DNA of 64,000 bases from assembly GCA_910578505.1 (NCBI GenBank), contig CAJTPV010000013.1, positions 1,914 to 65,913 on the forward strand, written 5' to 3'. The number at the start of each line of letters is the position of its first letter. Position 1 is the stretch's first letter. Shown here piece by piece: positions 16,855 through 27,530 of the stretch. The notes beneath the pieces are model-generated. The model was not told the DNA's origin and ran no database searches. It worked only from the letters and a program-made list of their open reading frames with translations. This stretch comes from an uncultured Oscillospiraceae bacterium (GTDB lineage Bacteria > Bacillota > Clostridia > Oscillospirales > Oscillospiraceae). Made by a program: the position numbers and the translations under genes.

Positions 16855-17568
16855 ATGACGGACGCAGTAAAAAAATTGAAGGACTGGGTGGCGGAGAGCA
16901 GCAGCATCGTGTTCTTCGGCGGGGCCGGGGTGAGCACGGAGAGCGGGATTCCCGACTTCCGCAGCACCGACGGACTCTACCACCAGCAGTACGCCTATCC
17001 GCCGGAGACCATCCTCAGCCACACCTTCTATCTCCGGAACCCGGAGGAATTCTACCGCTTCTACCGCAACAAAATGCTCTATCTGGACGCCCAGCCCAAC
17101 GCCGCCCACCGGAAGCTGGCGGAGCTGGAGGAGCAGGGGAAGCTGCGGGCTGTGATTACCCAGAACATCGACGGCCTGCACCAGAAAGCCGGCAGCAAAA
17201 ACGTGCTGGAGCTCCACGGCAGCGTGCTGCGCAACTACTGCCAGAAGTGCGGCGCGTTCCACGGCGTGGAGGAGATCGCGGGCAGCGCCGGCGTGCCGCA
17301 CTGTGACTGCGGCGGCGTGATCAAGCCGGACGTGGTGCTGTACGAGGAGGGCTTGGACCAGGATACGCTGTCCCGGTCTGTCAGCGCCATCCGGCAGGCG
17401 GACATGCTGATCATCGGCGGCACATCGCTGACCGTGTATCCGGCGGCGGGGCTGGTGCAGTATTACCGCGGAAATAGGCTGGTGGTCATCAACAAGAGCG
17501 CCCTTTCCGGCGCGGACGCCGACCTGACCATCCGCGAGCCCATCGGCGAGGTAATGGCGCAGCTGTAA
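16855..17568 (+). CDS. cobB: NAD-dependent protein deacylase, Sir2 family.
   Basis: GAGVSTESGIPDFRS is present, together with a Zn-binding CxxC...CxxC. Confidence 0.9.
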   Translation: MTDAVKKLKDWVAESSSIVFFGGAGVSTESGIPDFRSTDGLYHQQYAYPPETILSHTFYLRNPEEFYRFYRNKMLYLDAQPNAAHRKLAELEEQGKLRAVITQNIDGLHQKAGSKNVLELHGSVLRNYCQKCGAFHGVEEIAGSAGVPHCDCGGVIKPDVVLYEEGLDQDTLSRSVSAIRQADMLIIGGTSLTVYPAAGLVQYYRGNRLVVINKSALSGADADLTIREPIGEVMAQL

Positions 17569-17666
17569 GTATACCACGGGGGACCGGCGCTGGCAACAGA
17601 TGAGGGCTCACTGTCGGAAATTTTTATCCCTCGCGGCGATAGAAGCTGCAAGGCCCGGGTGGACGC

Positions 17667-17717
17667 AAAAGGACCGCTGCCCCTTTCAGGGGGAACGGTC
17701 CTTTGCTGCTGCTTTTC
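17667..17717 (+). terminator. Intrinsic terminator after cobB.
   Basis: GGACCGCTGCCCCT-ttc-AGGGGGAACGGTCC stem followed by TTTGCTGCTGCTTTTC. Confidence 0.6.
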
Positions 17718-17890
17718 GGCTGCCTGCATTCGTTCCGCCGCCGTATACGGAATTCTGCTGCGAGATCCTGCAGACAGTCTCCTTCGCCGTCCTTCGGGGC
17801 GGCAAAAATCTCTGCCGGAGCGGGCATCCCGGCATCCTTGTCAGAAATTTAACTCTTTGCGATAAATTGCTACAAATTGGACAAATCTTA

Positions 17891-17919
17891 TTGAACCACG
17901 ACAGCAATTGTGATATAAT
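17891..17919 (+). promoter_or_regulatory. Promoter TTGAAC-17-TATAAT for the hybrid histidine kinase gene.
   Basis: Consensus spacing; lies 83 nt upstream of the ATG at 18002. Confidence 0.6.
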
Positions 17920-18001
17920 GTACAATATATTGATCTGCTTTTGGAAAAACATACCACTTGCGCACTGCCTGACAACCGGCCATTTGGGAGGAGAGTCCGC
18001 C

Positions 18002-20566
18002 ATGGAGAATAAAATCACACGGTTTTTGATGTCCAGCCTGGTGCTGCTTTCCGTTTTTTGTGTGTTTGTTTTCAGCGTCCAGGCGCTCTGGAACAGCAGC
18101 ATGGGCGCGGACGCGCTGACGGAGATCGGCGTCGTCTACATGTCCGGTATCAGCCAGCAGGTGTCCGCCCACTTCGGCACCACCATGGAGCTGCGGCTGA
18201 GCCAGGTCTCCGAGCTGGTGGACGCCGTGCCGCCCCAGCGCACCCAGAACCCCACGGTCACGCGGGTCTCCCTGGGGTATATTGCCCGCGCCAGAGGCTT
18301 TGAGTACCTGGCCTTTTACAGGGAGGACGGGCAGTTTGAGATGATTTTCGGCCCGCAGCTGGACCTGCGCCTGGCCACCTCCTTCCAGGAGGCCCTCCAC
18401 CGGGGCGAGGAGCAGGTGGGCGCGGGCATGGACGTAAACGGGCGGGAGGTCGTTATGCTGGCTGTGCCCGCCGTGTATGACACCCAGGACGGCCAGCCCA
18501 CCCTGGCCCTGGTGGCCGGCCTGCCTACCCAGAGCCTCAATAAGCGGCTGACCGTCAATATGGACCGCTCCATGGCCGACTACTCCATCATCCGGCGGGA
18601 CGGCAGCATGATTATCCGGGGCGAGGGCCTGGAGGAGACCGTCAACTACTTTGACCACGCCCGCGACCTCTACCGGCCCCTGGATGGCCGGAACGCGGAG
18701 GAGTTCGTCGCCGACATGCAGCACGCCATGGACGCCCAGGCAAACTTTACCAGCCAGGTGCAGCTGAGCAGCGGCCGGTGGCACCTCTACTGCTCCCCCC
18801 TGCCGGACTCCGGCTGGTATCTGCTGCTGTATATGCCCTACAACACCCTGGACCGGACCATTGCCGGCCTGGGCTTCCGCTGGACGCTGGTGTCCCTGGG
18901 CGGCTGCATCCTGGTCCTGGGACTGCTGCTGCTGGTGTTCTTCCAATACTTCCGCATGACCCGCCAGCAGGTGCGGGACCTGGATGAGGCCCGGCGCACT
19001 GCCGACAGAGCCCGGCGCACCGCCGAACGGGCCAGCCAGGCGAAAAGCGAGTTCCTCTCCAACATGAGTCACGATATCCGCACCCCTATGAACGGCATCA
19101 TGGGCATGACCACCGTGGCCATCGCCAACCTGCACAACACGGCCCAGGTCCGCTCCTGCCTGAAAAAAATCAATATTTCCAGCCGCCACCTGTTGGGGCT
19201 GCTCAACGACATGCTGGACATGTCCAAGATCGAGCAAAATGAGCTGGGCGTCAACACAGAGCCGGTCTCCCTGCGCAAGACGGTCTCCAACCTGCTGCCC
19301 ATGCTGCTGCCCCAGATCCAGGAAAAGGGGCAGAGCTTCCAGATCTATACCCGGAACATCCCCCACGAAAATGTGCTCAGCGACACGGTGCGCCTGACCC
19401 AGGTCCTGCTGAACCTGCTGGGCAACGCCATCAAGTTTACCCCGGAGGGCGGGCGAATCCAGCTGCGGATATCCCAGGAGCCCTCCCCCAGAGGCGGCGG
19501 GTACATCCGCACCCACCTGGTGGTGGAGGACAACGGCGTGGGGATGGAGCCGGAGCTGCAGGAGAAAATCTTTGAGGCCTTTGTCCGCAGCGATACGGCG
19601 CGGGTCCAGCGGACGATGGGCTCCGGCCTGGGCCTGACCATCACCAAGCACGTCGTCGAGGCCATGGAGGGCGAGATCCTGGTGGAGAGCGCGCCTGGCC
19701 AGGGCAGCAAATTCCACGTGATTCTGGATTTGGAGAAGGTCAGCGACCAGGAGCTGGAGCAGCCGCTGCCGGCGCGTAACGTGCTGGTGGTGGACGGCGA
19801 CAGCCAGGTCCGGGACGCCGCCGTGGAGATGCTGGACTCCATCGGCCTCCACGCCGAGGGCGCGCCGGATGCCGCCGCCGGGCTGGCTCTGGACCAGGCG
19901 CGCCGGGGACGGGGCGAGGACGGCTTCCACATCGTCCTGCTGGACTGGGAGCTGCCGGAGGCGGTCGCGCCCCTAAGGCAGCTGGAGGCGCCGGTGCTGG
20001 CGCTCTATACCGGGGATTGGAGCGACGTGGAGGACGCCGCCCGGCAGGCGGGGTTCGCGGGCTGCATCAGCATGCCCCTGTTCCGCTCCGGACTGTACTA
20101 CGGCCTGCGCAGATATGTCCAGGAGGTCCCCGTGGAGCTGGCGCCGGCCCAGGAGGAGCTGGCGGACTTCGCCGGAAAGCGGGTGCTGCTGGCGGAGGAC
20201 AACGAGCTGAACTATGAGATCGCCAGCGAGCTGCTCCAGGAGCTGGGCATGGAGGTGGACTGGGCCCAGGACGGCCAGGTCTGCGTGGAAAAATTCCTGC
20301 AGTCCCAGCCGGACTGGTACGACATCGTGCTGATGGACCTGCGGATGCCCCAGATGACCGGCTTCGAGGCGGCGCGGGCCATCCGGCATATGTCCAGGGA
20401 GGATGCGGGGCGGATCCCCATTATCGCCGTCAGTGCGGACGCCTTTTATGACGACATCCAGCGCTGTCTGGACAGCGGTATGAATGCCCACACGCCCAAG
20501 CCCATGGATATTGGAGAGGTCTCCCGCCTGATGAGCAAGTACCTGAAGGAACCGAACCGGACATAA
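18002..20566 (+). CDS. Hybrid sensor histidine kinase. It has an extracytoplasmic sensor region between 2 TM helices, HisKA/HATPase_c domains and two receiver-like domains.
   Basis: H-box SHDIRTPMN, N/G boxes, and D-containing receiver regions. GGGAGGAG RBS. Confidence 0.85.
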   Translation: MENKITRFLMSSLVLLSVFCVFVFSVQALWNSSMGADALTEIGVVYMSGISQQVSAHFGTTMELRLSQVSELVDAVPPQRTQNPTVTRVSLGYIARARGFEYLAFYREDGQFEMIFGPQLDLRLATSFQEALHRGEEQVGAGMDVNGREVVMLAVPAVYDTQDGQPTLALVAGLPTQSLNKRLTVNMDRSMADYSIIRRDGSMIIRGEGLEETVNYFDHARDLYRPLDGRNAEEFVADMQHAMDAQANFTSQVQLSSGRWHLYCSPLPDSGWYLLLYMPYNTLDRTIAGLGFRWTLVSLGGCILVLGLLLLVFFQYFRMTRQQVRDLDEARRTADRARRTAERASQAKSEFLSNMSHDIRTPMNGIMGMTTVAIANLHNTAQVRSCLKKINISSRHLLGLLNDMLDMSKIEQNELGVNTEPVSLRKTVSNLLPMLLPQIQEKGQSFQIYTRNIPHENVLSDTVRLTQVLLNLLGNAIKFTPEGGRIQLRISQEPSPRGGGYIRTHLVVEDNGVGMEPELQEKIFEAFVRSDTARVQRTMGSGLGLTITKHVVEAMEGEILVESAPGQGSKFHVILDLEKVSDQELEQPLPARNVLVVDGDSQVRDAAVEMLDSIGLHAEGAPDAAAGLALDQARRGRGEDGFHIVLLDWELPEAVAPLRQLEAPVLALYTGDWSDVEDAARQAGFAGCISMPLFRSGLYYGLRRYVQEVPVELAPAQEELADFAGKRVLLAEDNELNYEIASELLQELGMEVDWAQDGQVCVEKFLQSQPDWYDIVLMDLRMPQMTGFEAARAIRHMSREDAGRIPIIAVSADAFYDDIQRCLDSGMNAHTPKPMDIGEVSRLMSKYLKEPNRT

Positions 20567-20583
20567 AGAAAGGGGGAAATCGT

Positions 20584-21879
20584 GTGAAAAAAGTATTCAT
20601 CCTTCTGCTGAGTCTGCTGGCCGCGGCCGGACTGCCCGCCTGCGGCGGCGCGGAGAACCAGGGGACGCCTCCCCCGGAGGAAAAGGAGCCTGTGGAAATC
20701 ACCCTCTGGTGCTATCCGGTGGGGGACTGGGGGACGCCGACGGCCATGTCCAAGCTGGTTACCGGCTTCCGCAGGGAATTTCCGGACATCCTGCTCTCCG
20801 TGGAGTATCCGGACTACGACACCGGAGACGCCAAGGTCAACGAGGCCATCGAGGCCGGAAACGCGCCGGACCTGGTCTTTGAGAGCCCGGAGCGGCTGGT
20901 GGCGGGCTGGGGGGACCGGGGGCTGATGGCCGATCTGTCCGACCTGTGGGCCGAGGACCACAGCGAGGGGATCTATGACGCCATCCGCAGCGCCTGCCGC
21001 CACAACAACGGCGAGTATTACGTCTATCCCCTCTGCTCCAGCGCCCACTGCATGGCCGTCAACTACGACCTGTTCCAGGCGGCAGGGGCCCTGCAGTACC
21101 TGGATGCGGAGAACCACACCTGGACCACGGAGGGATTTATCAGCGCGGTGAACGCCCTGCGCGCCTACGGCCAGGAGCGGGTGGGCGCGGTCTACTGCGG
21201 CGGCCAGGGCGGCGACCAGGGGACCCGCGCGCTGGTCAACAACCTGTACGGCGGCGTCTTTACCGACAGCGAGCACACCCGCTATATGGCGGACAGCCCG
21301 GAGAACGCCCAGGCGCTGCAGCTGCTGCGGGATTTGGACGGCATCGCCTTTGACCCGGAGCTGGCCGGCAAGGGCGAAATCGAGCAGTTCTGCCGGGGGG
21401 AGCTGGCAATGGCGTTTTGCTGGAACTGCACGCTGGAGGTCATGCATACGGTCAAAAATCCGGACCTGGATTTTCGCGTCCTGCCCATGGCCTTCCCCAC
21501 CAGCAGCGGGGAGCCCCGTCTCCAGGGCGGAATCTATGGCCTGGGCGTGTTTGACAACGGGGACGAGGAGCGGGTGGCGGCGGCCAAGGCGTTTATCCGC
21601 TATATCGCCGGCAGCGAGGAGGCCTATACGAGAGCGGTCCAGATGTCCAACAACTGGCCGGTCAAGGATGGGGAGAACATCTATGCCAATGACGCCCTGA
21701 TGACGGAATACAGCCTGTTCGTGCCCTATGTGGGGGATTACTACCAGGTGACGCCCAACTGGCCCGCGGCCCGGACCGCGTGGTGGACCATGCTGCAGAA
21801 GGTGGGCCGGGGGGAGGATATTGCCCAGGCGCTGCGGGACTTTGACGCCGAGGCCAACGGTCCGCTGGGCGCGGCATGA
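20584..21879 (+). CDS. ABC transporter substrate-binding lipoprotein (sugar/SBP family 1).
   Basis: Lipobox LLAAAGLPACGG. Solute-binding fold motifs. GTG start after AAGGGGGAAA. Confidence 0.75.
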   Translation: MKKVFILLLSLLAAAGLPACGGAENQGTPPPEEKEPVEITLWCYPVGDWGTPTAMSKLVTGFRREFPDILLSVEYPDYDTGDAKVNEAIEAGNAPDLVFESPERLVAGWGDRGLMADLSDLWAEDHSEGIYDAIRSACRHNNGEYYVYPLCSSAHCMAVNYDLFQAAGALQYLDAENHTWTTEGFISAVNALRAYGQERVGAVYCGGQGGDQGTRALVNNLYGGVFTDSEHTRYMADSPENAQALQLLRDLDGIAFDPELAGKGEIEQFCRGELAMAFCWNCTLEVMHTVKNPDLDFRVLPMAFPTSSGEPRLQGGIYGLGVFDNGDEERVAAAKAFIRYIAGSEEAYTRAVQMSNNWPVKDGENIYANDALMTEYSLFVPYVGDYYQVTPNWPAARTAWWTMLQKVGRGEDIAQALRDFDAEANGPLGAA

Positions 21880-22745
21880 TCTGTACACTTTGTCCCCGCC
21901 GGTGCGCCGCCGTGCGCACGGAGACGGCGGGAGAGGGGTTCTGCGCCATGCCGGTATTGCCGGTGGCGGCTAGGGCGGGACTGCACTTCTGGGAGGAGCC
22001 CTGCGTCAGCGGCGTAAGAGGCAGCGGCGCGGTGTTCTTCTCCGGCTGTGTGCTGGGGTGCGTGTTCTGCCAGAACGGGAGGATCAGCCGGGAGCGGTGG
22101 GGCAGGCCCATCACTGTCGCCCGGCTGCGGGAGATCTTTGAGGAGCTGATCGCCCAGGGGGCCCACAACATCAACCTGGTGAGCCCCACGCCCTTTGTCC
22201 CCGCCATCCGGGAGACGCTGCAGCCGCCGCTGCCGGTGCCTGTGGTGTGGAACACCGGGGGGTATGAGCGGGTGGAGACCCTGCGGAGCCTGGAGGGCCT
22301 GGTGCAGGTGTGGCTGCCGGATTTGAAGTATGTGGACGCCGCTCTGGCCCGGCGGTACAGCGGCGCGGCGGACTACTTCGCCTTTGCCTCCGCCGCCATT
22401 GTGGAGATGCACCGGCAGGCCGGGGACTTTGTGCTGGAGGACGGACTGCTGAAGCGGGGCGTGATGATCCGTCACCTGCTGCTGCCGGGAGCCCTGGACA
22501 ATGCCAAGGCTGTGATGGACTGGGTGGCCGGGACGTTCCGGCCCGGACAGGTGCTGTTCTCCCTGATGGCCCAGTACACCCCCCAGCCGGGGGCGGAGGG
22601 GCTGCTGGCCCGGCGGGTGACCGGCGGGGAGTACCGGGCGGCGATGGCGTATATGGAGAATGTGGGGATCGTGGACGGCTACTGCCAGGAGGCCGGGTCC
22701 GCCAGGGCGGAGTATACGCCGGAATTTGATTTGACAGGGATATGA
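21876..22745 (+). CDS. Radical SAM protein, PflX / pyruvate-formate-lyase-activase-like.
   Basis: CVLGCVFCQN matches the CxxxCxxC cluster motif. Its start overlaps the upstream stop. Confidence 0.6.
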   Translation: MICTLCPRRCAAVRTETAGEGFCAMPVLPVAARAGLHFWEEPCVSGVRGSGAVFFSGCVLGCVFCQNGRISRERWGRPITVARLREIFEELIAQGAHNINLVSPTPFVPAIRETLQPPLPVPVVWNTGGYERVETLRSLEGLVQVWLPDLKYVDAALARRYSGAADYFAFASAAIVEMHRQAGDFVLEDGLLKRGVMIRHLLLPGALDNAKAVMDWVAGTFRPGQVLFSLMAQYTPQPGAEGLLARRVTGGEYRAAMAYMENVGIVDGYCQEAGSARAEYTPEFDLTGI

Positions 22746-22795
22746 AAAGGCCCTCTCCCAAGGTCGGGAGAGGGCCTTCCGATATCTTTTTGCTG

Positions 22796-25700
22796 TCAGG
22801 CGATGCGGTCGCCGTACCGGGCCACCATGGCGGCCACCTGGGCGCGGGTAGCGGTGCCCTGGGGGTCGATTCGACCGTCGGAGCCGTTGAGGATGCCAAC
22901 CGACGCCGCCCAGCGGACCGCCGTCTGGGCGTATTCGCTGACGGTACCGCTGTCGCTGAACCGGCTCAGGTCCGCCGCCGCGCCGGGGGCGGGACGGCCC
23001 GCGTTGCGCCAGAGCATGGTCGCCAGCTGCTCGCGGGTGATGTCGCCCATGGGGTCCGTGCCGTCGGTGACGCCCCGCTCCTTGGCCCAGAGCAGGCCCT
23101 TTTCGTACCAGAGGCTGCCGGTGCCGTTGGCCTTGACGTTGTTCATGCGGGCCAGGATGGTCCAGATCATGGCCCGGCTGGTGGTGACATTGGGGGAAAA
23201 CTGGGTTTCTGTCACGCCGCTCATCAGGTAGTGCTTCCAGACGTAGTCCACATTGTCATAGAACCAGTCCTGCGGCTGCACGTCCGTGAAGGGTATGACC
23301 GCCGGGTTCAGGACGATGCCGGAGATGCCGGGGGTGCCCAGGCCCGTGAAAATCTCGTCCTCCGCCGGGGTGGTGGGGGTGTTGTCCGCAACTTTGACGA
23401 ACGATGCGTCTACCGTGACGCGGGCGGCGGGCATGAGGAAGCTGTAGGCGTTATCGCCCAGGCTGCGCAGGGGGATATTGCGGCCCCGGATGTCTGTGAC
23501 GGTCAGGGTGTCCAGCTCGTAGCCCGCGTCGGGGTGGGCGTAGAGGGTCACGCGGTCATCGGGGGATGCATTGCGGGTGGTGGGGGTGATGGCGCCGTTG
23601 GGGAACGTGGGGATGGAGATGTAGTAGGTGTCGGCGGTATCTGAAGTGCCGGGAATATCGGGCGTCGGTGTATCTTTGAAGCTATCATAGTCTGCAAAGA
23701 TTATTGTTTCACCACCGTTTTTTGTTAGTGCATAATTTGTAACATTAGTAAATGATTTGTTATCCATTGTGCCAGTAAATAAATCACCCGAGTTAAGCGC
23801 AATATCTTCGAATTCTACTGTTCGCAAAGCCGTACCATCCGCTGTGCTTTCCATGATCGAATAATCCATAATTCCATCATCTGTAGCAACTAGCTCAACG
23901 CTATAGCTCTGATCATTGGGCAAAACAAATACTTTATCCGATTCTCCAATTACGGCTACAGATACATGGGATTCTTCAATTTCCTGTACCGTATCATTGA
24001 TAATTTTTGCAACAAGAACATCCTCGCCATTGTATATATTTACATCAATTGGACATCTAACTATACCTACCTTTGAAGTGAATACATCAGTTCGTGTCAA
24101 ATCTTCTTCTTCAATTGAGGTCATCCACGCCAAATATACTTCAGGCCAGTGTTCCATTAGTGACGAAGAATTTGCCCCGTTAGAGGCAATATCTATCATG
24201 CCCCAAAGTATTCCTACATTAGTAAGTCCTTTCTTCATATTTGCCGCATATTCAGAAGCTGCGCCAGTAAGAACTTTATAGACAGCAGATAGCAACGGAC
24301 GCAATGGTGAATCATAAGGGCTTGCATCCAAAGCTTTTTTTACTATAGATGCCAATCTGAATATATTTGCAGCGTTCATGTCTTTTTTGACGTTATTGAT
24401 TGCTATTTCTAGGTCTTTATATGTTGATGTACCATATAAAAAAGGTTCCAGTGCAGCGATGAGATCACCGCTTGAATAGTATTTTACTAAATTAGCCTCT
24501 AAATATTTTGTATACAAATATCGGTTAGGAACAGCATCACTAATAGTATAATTCAACCAGGTAAGGGTAGATTGCACATTACCTTTCGTATTATACTGTG
24601 CTCTTCCGTTGACAATAGAGGAAAACTGAGCGCGTACACGGTCACAATATTCAGTTTTGGCAATTCCTTCTGTCATACTCGGTAGGAAGTATGATACACC
24701 TGGTTTCCCAAATGTCCATTGTTTGGGGGGAACTGTTGGAACAATATCATTGGGATTTATCAAATTGAAAATATTATTATAGCTATTAAATGATATTTCC
24801 TGATTGTTCGGGGTAGCAAATGTATATGTATAAATATCGCTTCCATTAAAAAGTCCATTAATTCTTAGCTGCGCAGAAAGAAGGTTTGCCACTGCAGCTG
24901 ATCGACTGAAGCCAGTCAGCCAAACCCGTACATTATCTGTATCCAAGTTTGAAATATATTTTGCTATCTCTTTTCTTGCGTTAACTGCCGCCTGATAAAA
25001 ACCCTTGTGATAAATCCCAACTTCAGTATTATATCCAACTGTAACATTACCTGCCCATCCACTATCGCCATATTCGCCGCCGCGTAAGCAGATACCTAAA
25101 AGGATGACTTTATTGCCATTTTTATCATAAATATCTTTTTGACAAAGGGCCATTGCGATGGTGTTTTCTTCACCTCCCTTATCACCTTCCTGATATCCAT
25201 AGCTTTTATATGTTTTCATATCGAAATTTAAGTTTGCAAAAAGATTTCTGACATTAATATCACGATAGCCCAAAAGTTTCTTGCTTCCAAAACCACTCAT
25301 TGCAAGCCCCAGAGACATTTTCGCTAAGTCGTGATTATAAATACTAGAATCCTTAAAAAACCAGTCATCATGAAAAGTCAGTCCCGAATAAGTTGCATCT
25401 GAACCAAGAGCTGATGCGTAAGTAATTGAAACCGGAATCGCCTCCGCCGTAACTGTAGTAAACGACCAGTCTCCTTTTTTGATTTCTTGATTGGTCGAAC
25501 CATCTTTGAACCGGACAAACCCCTCGCCCATAGTGACATAGTATTTGGTATTTGGCTCCAATTTGTTCTCATAGAAGCTATAGCCTGGCGTTATTTTCAG
25601 AATATTTTTTTCCGGCGTATACATAATGGTATAATCGCCAGTTGCATATTGCGAGGGCTTGTATATCAACAAATCATCTTCCGCACGATAAATGGAAAAA

Positions 25701-27013
25701 GCTCCGGGCGCAATAAAGTCTACATCTGGCCAGCCACCGGGCTTTGTAGCAATTTCACGGTCAAATGTAATTTGAAATGCTTTTTGCTGGTCGCTTCCGG
25801 TGTAACCAACATCTGTGGCACCATTTGCCGGGAAAATATTTACAACTTTTGCTTGACTATCCAAGTCTGGATTGGGGTCCCAAGTGCGGAATTCCATCAG
25901 TCCTTCTTCTATAGCCAGTTTTACATCTTCTTGATTCTGTACAGATTCCCACCCGCTGCTATTCGTTGGATAATATATCGTTACTTTCCCACTCTCATCA
26001 CCAGCATATTTCAATTCGCTGATACTTGCATCGAATTTTGGTGCAGAACTGCTTTTGAAATATACGGCTAGGTTGCTGGTATCCCCATTCCAACCATCGC
26101 CAGGACCAATATCGGTCGTAAAAGATGTAACAGAAGAGGGAATTTCTAGTTTTGAAAGACTGGTGCACCACCAAAATGCACTAGGATCAACTGATATCAA
26201 GCCCTCCGGTAAAATAATGGATGACAAATTGGGGCAGTTCATAAAAGCCATAGCTGGAATTGTTTTTACTGTAGAAGGGACGGCAATTGTTCGCAAATAC
26301 TCTTTGTTGCTCAGTACCCCCTCATATAACTCAGATACTTGAGTTGGAATTGTATATTCTGTTCTAGTATTTTTGCCAGGATATAGAGCAATTTCCCAGG
26401 AAGAAGAGTTTACCCAATAAAGGACACCATCAACTGCAGCATACTGAGGATTTCCGGATGCAACCGTTATACGGCTAATATCTTCGCCTGAGCCAAGTCC
26501 TTCATACCCAATCTCTTTAAGTGAGGCTGGCAGATGCAGTGAGGTTAACTTTGTGCCTGAAAATGCATATGAATCAATTGAAACAAGTCCATCAGGAAGT
26601 ACAATAGACGTGAGGGATTCTGCATTTGCAAAGGCACAAGTACCAATGCTTTTCAGCGTACGGGGCAATTTCACATGCTTTAACTGGAATAAAATTCCAA
26701 ACATTGTAAAACTTCCAAACGCATCGCTTCCAATGTGGGTAATTCCCTCCGATACAACTACAGAACGGATATAATTCCCTTCGTATCCATTCCAGCCAAT
26801 ATATGGTGGAGGATTAGAATACCATTCGCAACTATAATCATCCATTGCGCCTGTTCCGCTGATAGTCAGTGTTTCAGTAGCGGCATCAAAGCTCCATGTA
26901 GCATTTTTGCCGCATTTCCCCGATGTTTCCATTTCCACTGCCCACGCCGTCCCCGGCACCAATCCCAGCACCAAACACAGCGCCAGAACCGTTGCAACTA
27001 TTCGTTTTCTCAT
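22796..27013 (-). CDS. Giant (1405 aa) cell-surface protein with a signal peptide, BspA-type leucine-rich repeats, Ig-like/β-sandwich regions, a putative α/β-hydrolase (lipase-like) module and three C-terminal SLH domains.
   Basis: ATG at 27013 follows a GAGGAGG RBS. The signal peptide is MRKRIVATVLALCLVLGLVPGTAWA. The final ~280 aa are SLH repeats. The ORF track extends 57 codons further upstream, which lacks support. Confidence 0.8.
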   Translation of the reverse strand: MRKRIVATVLALCLVLGLVPGTAWAVEMETSGKCGKNATWSFDAATETLTISGTGAMDDYSCEWYSNPPPYIGWNGYEGNYIRSVVVSEGITHIGSDAFGSFTMFGILFQLKHVKLPRTLKSIGTCAFANAESLTSIVLPDGLVSIDSYAFSGTKLTSLHLPASLKEIGYEGLGSGEDISRITVASGNPQYAAVDGVLYWVNSSSWEIALYPGKNTRTEYTIPTQVSELYEGVLSNKEYLRTIAVPSTVKTIPAMAFMNCPNLSSIILPEGLISVDPSAFWWCTSLSKLEIPSSVTSFTTDIGPGDGWNGDTSNLAVYFKSSSAPKFDASISELKYAGDESGKVTIYYPTNSSGWESVQNQEDVKLAIEEGLMEFRTWDPNPDLDSQAKVVNIFPANGATDVGYTGSDQQKAFQITFDREIATKPGGWPDVDFIAPGAFSIYRAEDDLLIYKPSQYATGDYTIMYTPEKNILKITPGYSFYENKLEPNTKYYVTMGEGFVRFKDGSTNQEIKKGDWSFTTVTAEAIPVSITYASALGSDATYSGLTFHDDWFFKDSSIYNHDLAKMSLGLAMSGFGSKKLLGYRDINVRNLFANLNFDMKTYKSYGYQEGDKGGEENTIAMALCQKDIYDKNGNKVILLGICLRGGEYGDSGWAGNVTVGYNTEVGIYHKGFYQAAVNARKEIAKYISNLDTDNVRVWLTGFSRSAAVANLLSAQLRINGLFNGSDIYTYTFATPNNQEISFNSYNNIFNLINPNDIVPTVPPKQWTFGKPGVSYFLPSMTEGIAKTEYCDRVRAQFSSIVNGRAQYNTKGNVQSTLTWLNYTISDAVPNRYLYTKYLEANLVKYYSSGDLIAALEPFLYGTSTYKDLEIAINNVKKDMNAANIFRLASIVKKALDASPYDSPLRPLLSAVYKVLTGAASEYAANMKKGLTNVGILWGMIDIASNGANSSSLMEHWPEVYLAWMTSIEEEDLTRTDVFTSKVGIVRCPIDVNIYNGEDVLVAKIINDTVQEIEESHVSVAVIGESDKVFVLPNDQSYSVELVATDDGIMDYSIMESTADGTALRTVEFEDIALNSGDLFTGTMDNKSFTNVTNYALTKNGGETIIFADYDSFKDTPTPDIPGTSDTADTYYISIPTFPNGAITPTTRNASPDDRVTLYAHPDAGYELDTLTVTDIRGRNIPLRSLGDNAYSFLMPAARVTVDASFVKVADNTPTTPAEDEIFTGLGTPGISGIVLNPAVIPFTDVQPQDWFYDNVDYVWKHYLMSGVTETQFSPNVTTSRAMIWTILARMNNVKANGTGSLWYEKGLLWAKERGVTDGTDPMGDITREQLATMLWRNAGRPAPGAAADLSRFSDSGTVSEYAQTAVRWAASVGILNGSDGRIDPQGTATRAQVAAMVARYGDRIA

Positions 27014-27192
27014 ACCCTTCCTTACCTCCTCAAATTCACAATATTTCCAGCAGGCGGACACCGGGGCGGGGAAAGGAAGGTATGGAGGTGAAATCCCGCC
27101 CCGGGCCGCTACCGGAAAACATAAACGCGGTGCCGAGTCCTTCCAACTCAACACCGCTTTCCTTCTCATGCGAACGCACGGCAATATCCCGC

Positions 27193-27221
27193 TTGCAAAA
27201 TGCGGCGGGAATGGGTATAAT
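27193..27221 (+). promoter_or_regulatory. Perfect-spacing promoter TTGCAA-17-TATAAT in an intergenic region, firing rightward with no downstream ORF.
   Basis: Seen directly. The downstream ~270 nt has strong hairpins and no RBS-led ORF. Confidence 0.55.
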
Positions 27222-27227
27222 ACATCC

Positions 27228-27500
27228 GTGGTGCAATTTAGATTGCTGTGCTGAGTGCCCGTACACTCGTACAGGGCTACGGGGCGCTGCCAACACCCCG
27301 TAGCCTGCCGCAGTCTATGTTTTCATCTTTATACTACAGCATTTTTCCCCAAATTGCAAGGGGTTCCGGCGGAAAATCTGCAAGTTTTGAACAAGCAGGC
27401 CGCTTGCGGACAAATTGCAGCCAAATTGTAAGCGCACAGCGGACCTGACAAGGCTGCATTGTTCAGGTATACTATAGCAAATCTGCCCAGGCAGAAAAAG
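27228..27500 (+). ncRNA. Candidate sRNA of unknown class, transcribed from the 27193 promoter.
   Basis: It contains an 11-bp perfect hairpin GGCTACGGGG...CCCCGTAGCC (27283-27313) and three CAAATTG(C/T)AAG direct repeats. It ends near the hairpin at 27503-27530. Confidence 0.3.
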
Positions 27501-27530
27501 TTGACCGCCCGGAATGCCATCCGGGCGGTC
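27490..27530 (-). terminator. Intrinsic terminator for the P-II-like/DUF1538 operon.
   Basis: GACCGCCCGGA-atgcca-TCCGGGCGGTC followed by a T-run on the minus strand. Confidence 0.65.

Noticed and set aside
27248-27448. 66-aa plus-strand ORF inside the candidate sRNA.
   Set aside because: No Shine-Dalgarno sequence, a GTG start directly after the TSS, and low-complexity translation. It is treated as non-coding.
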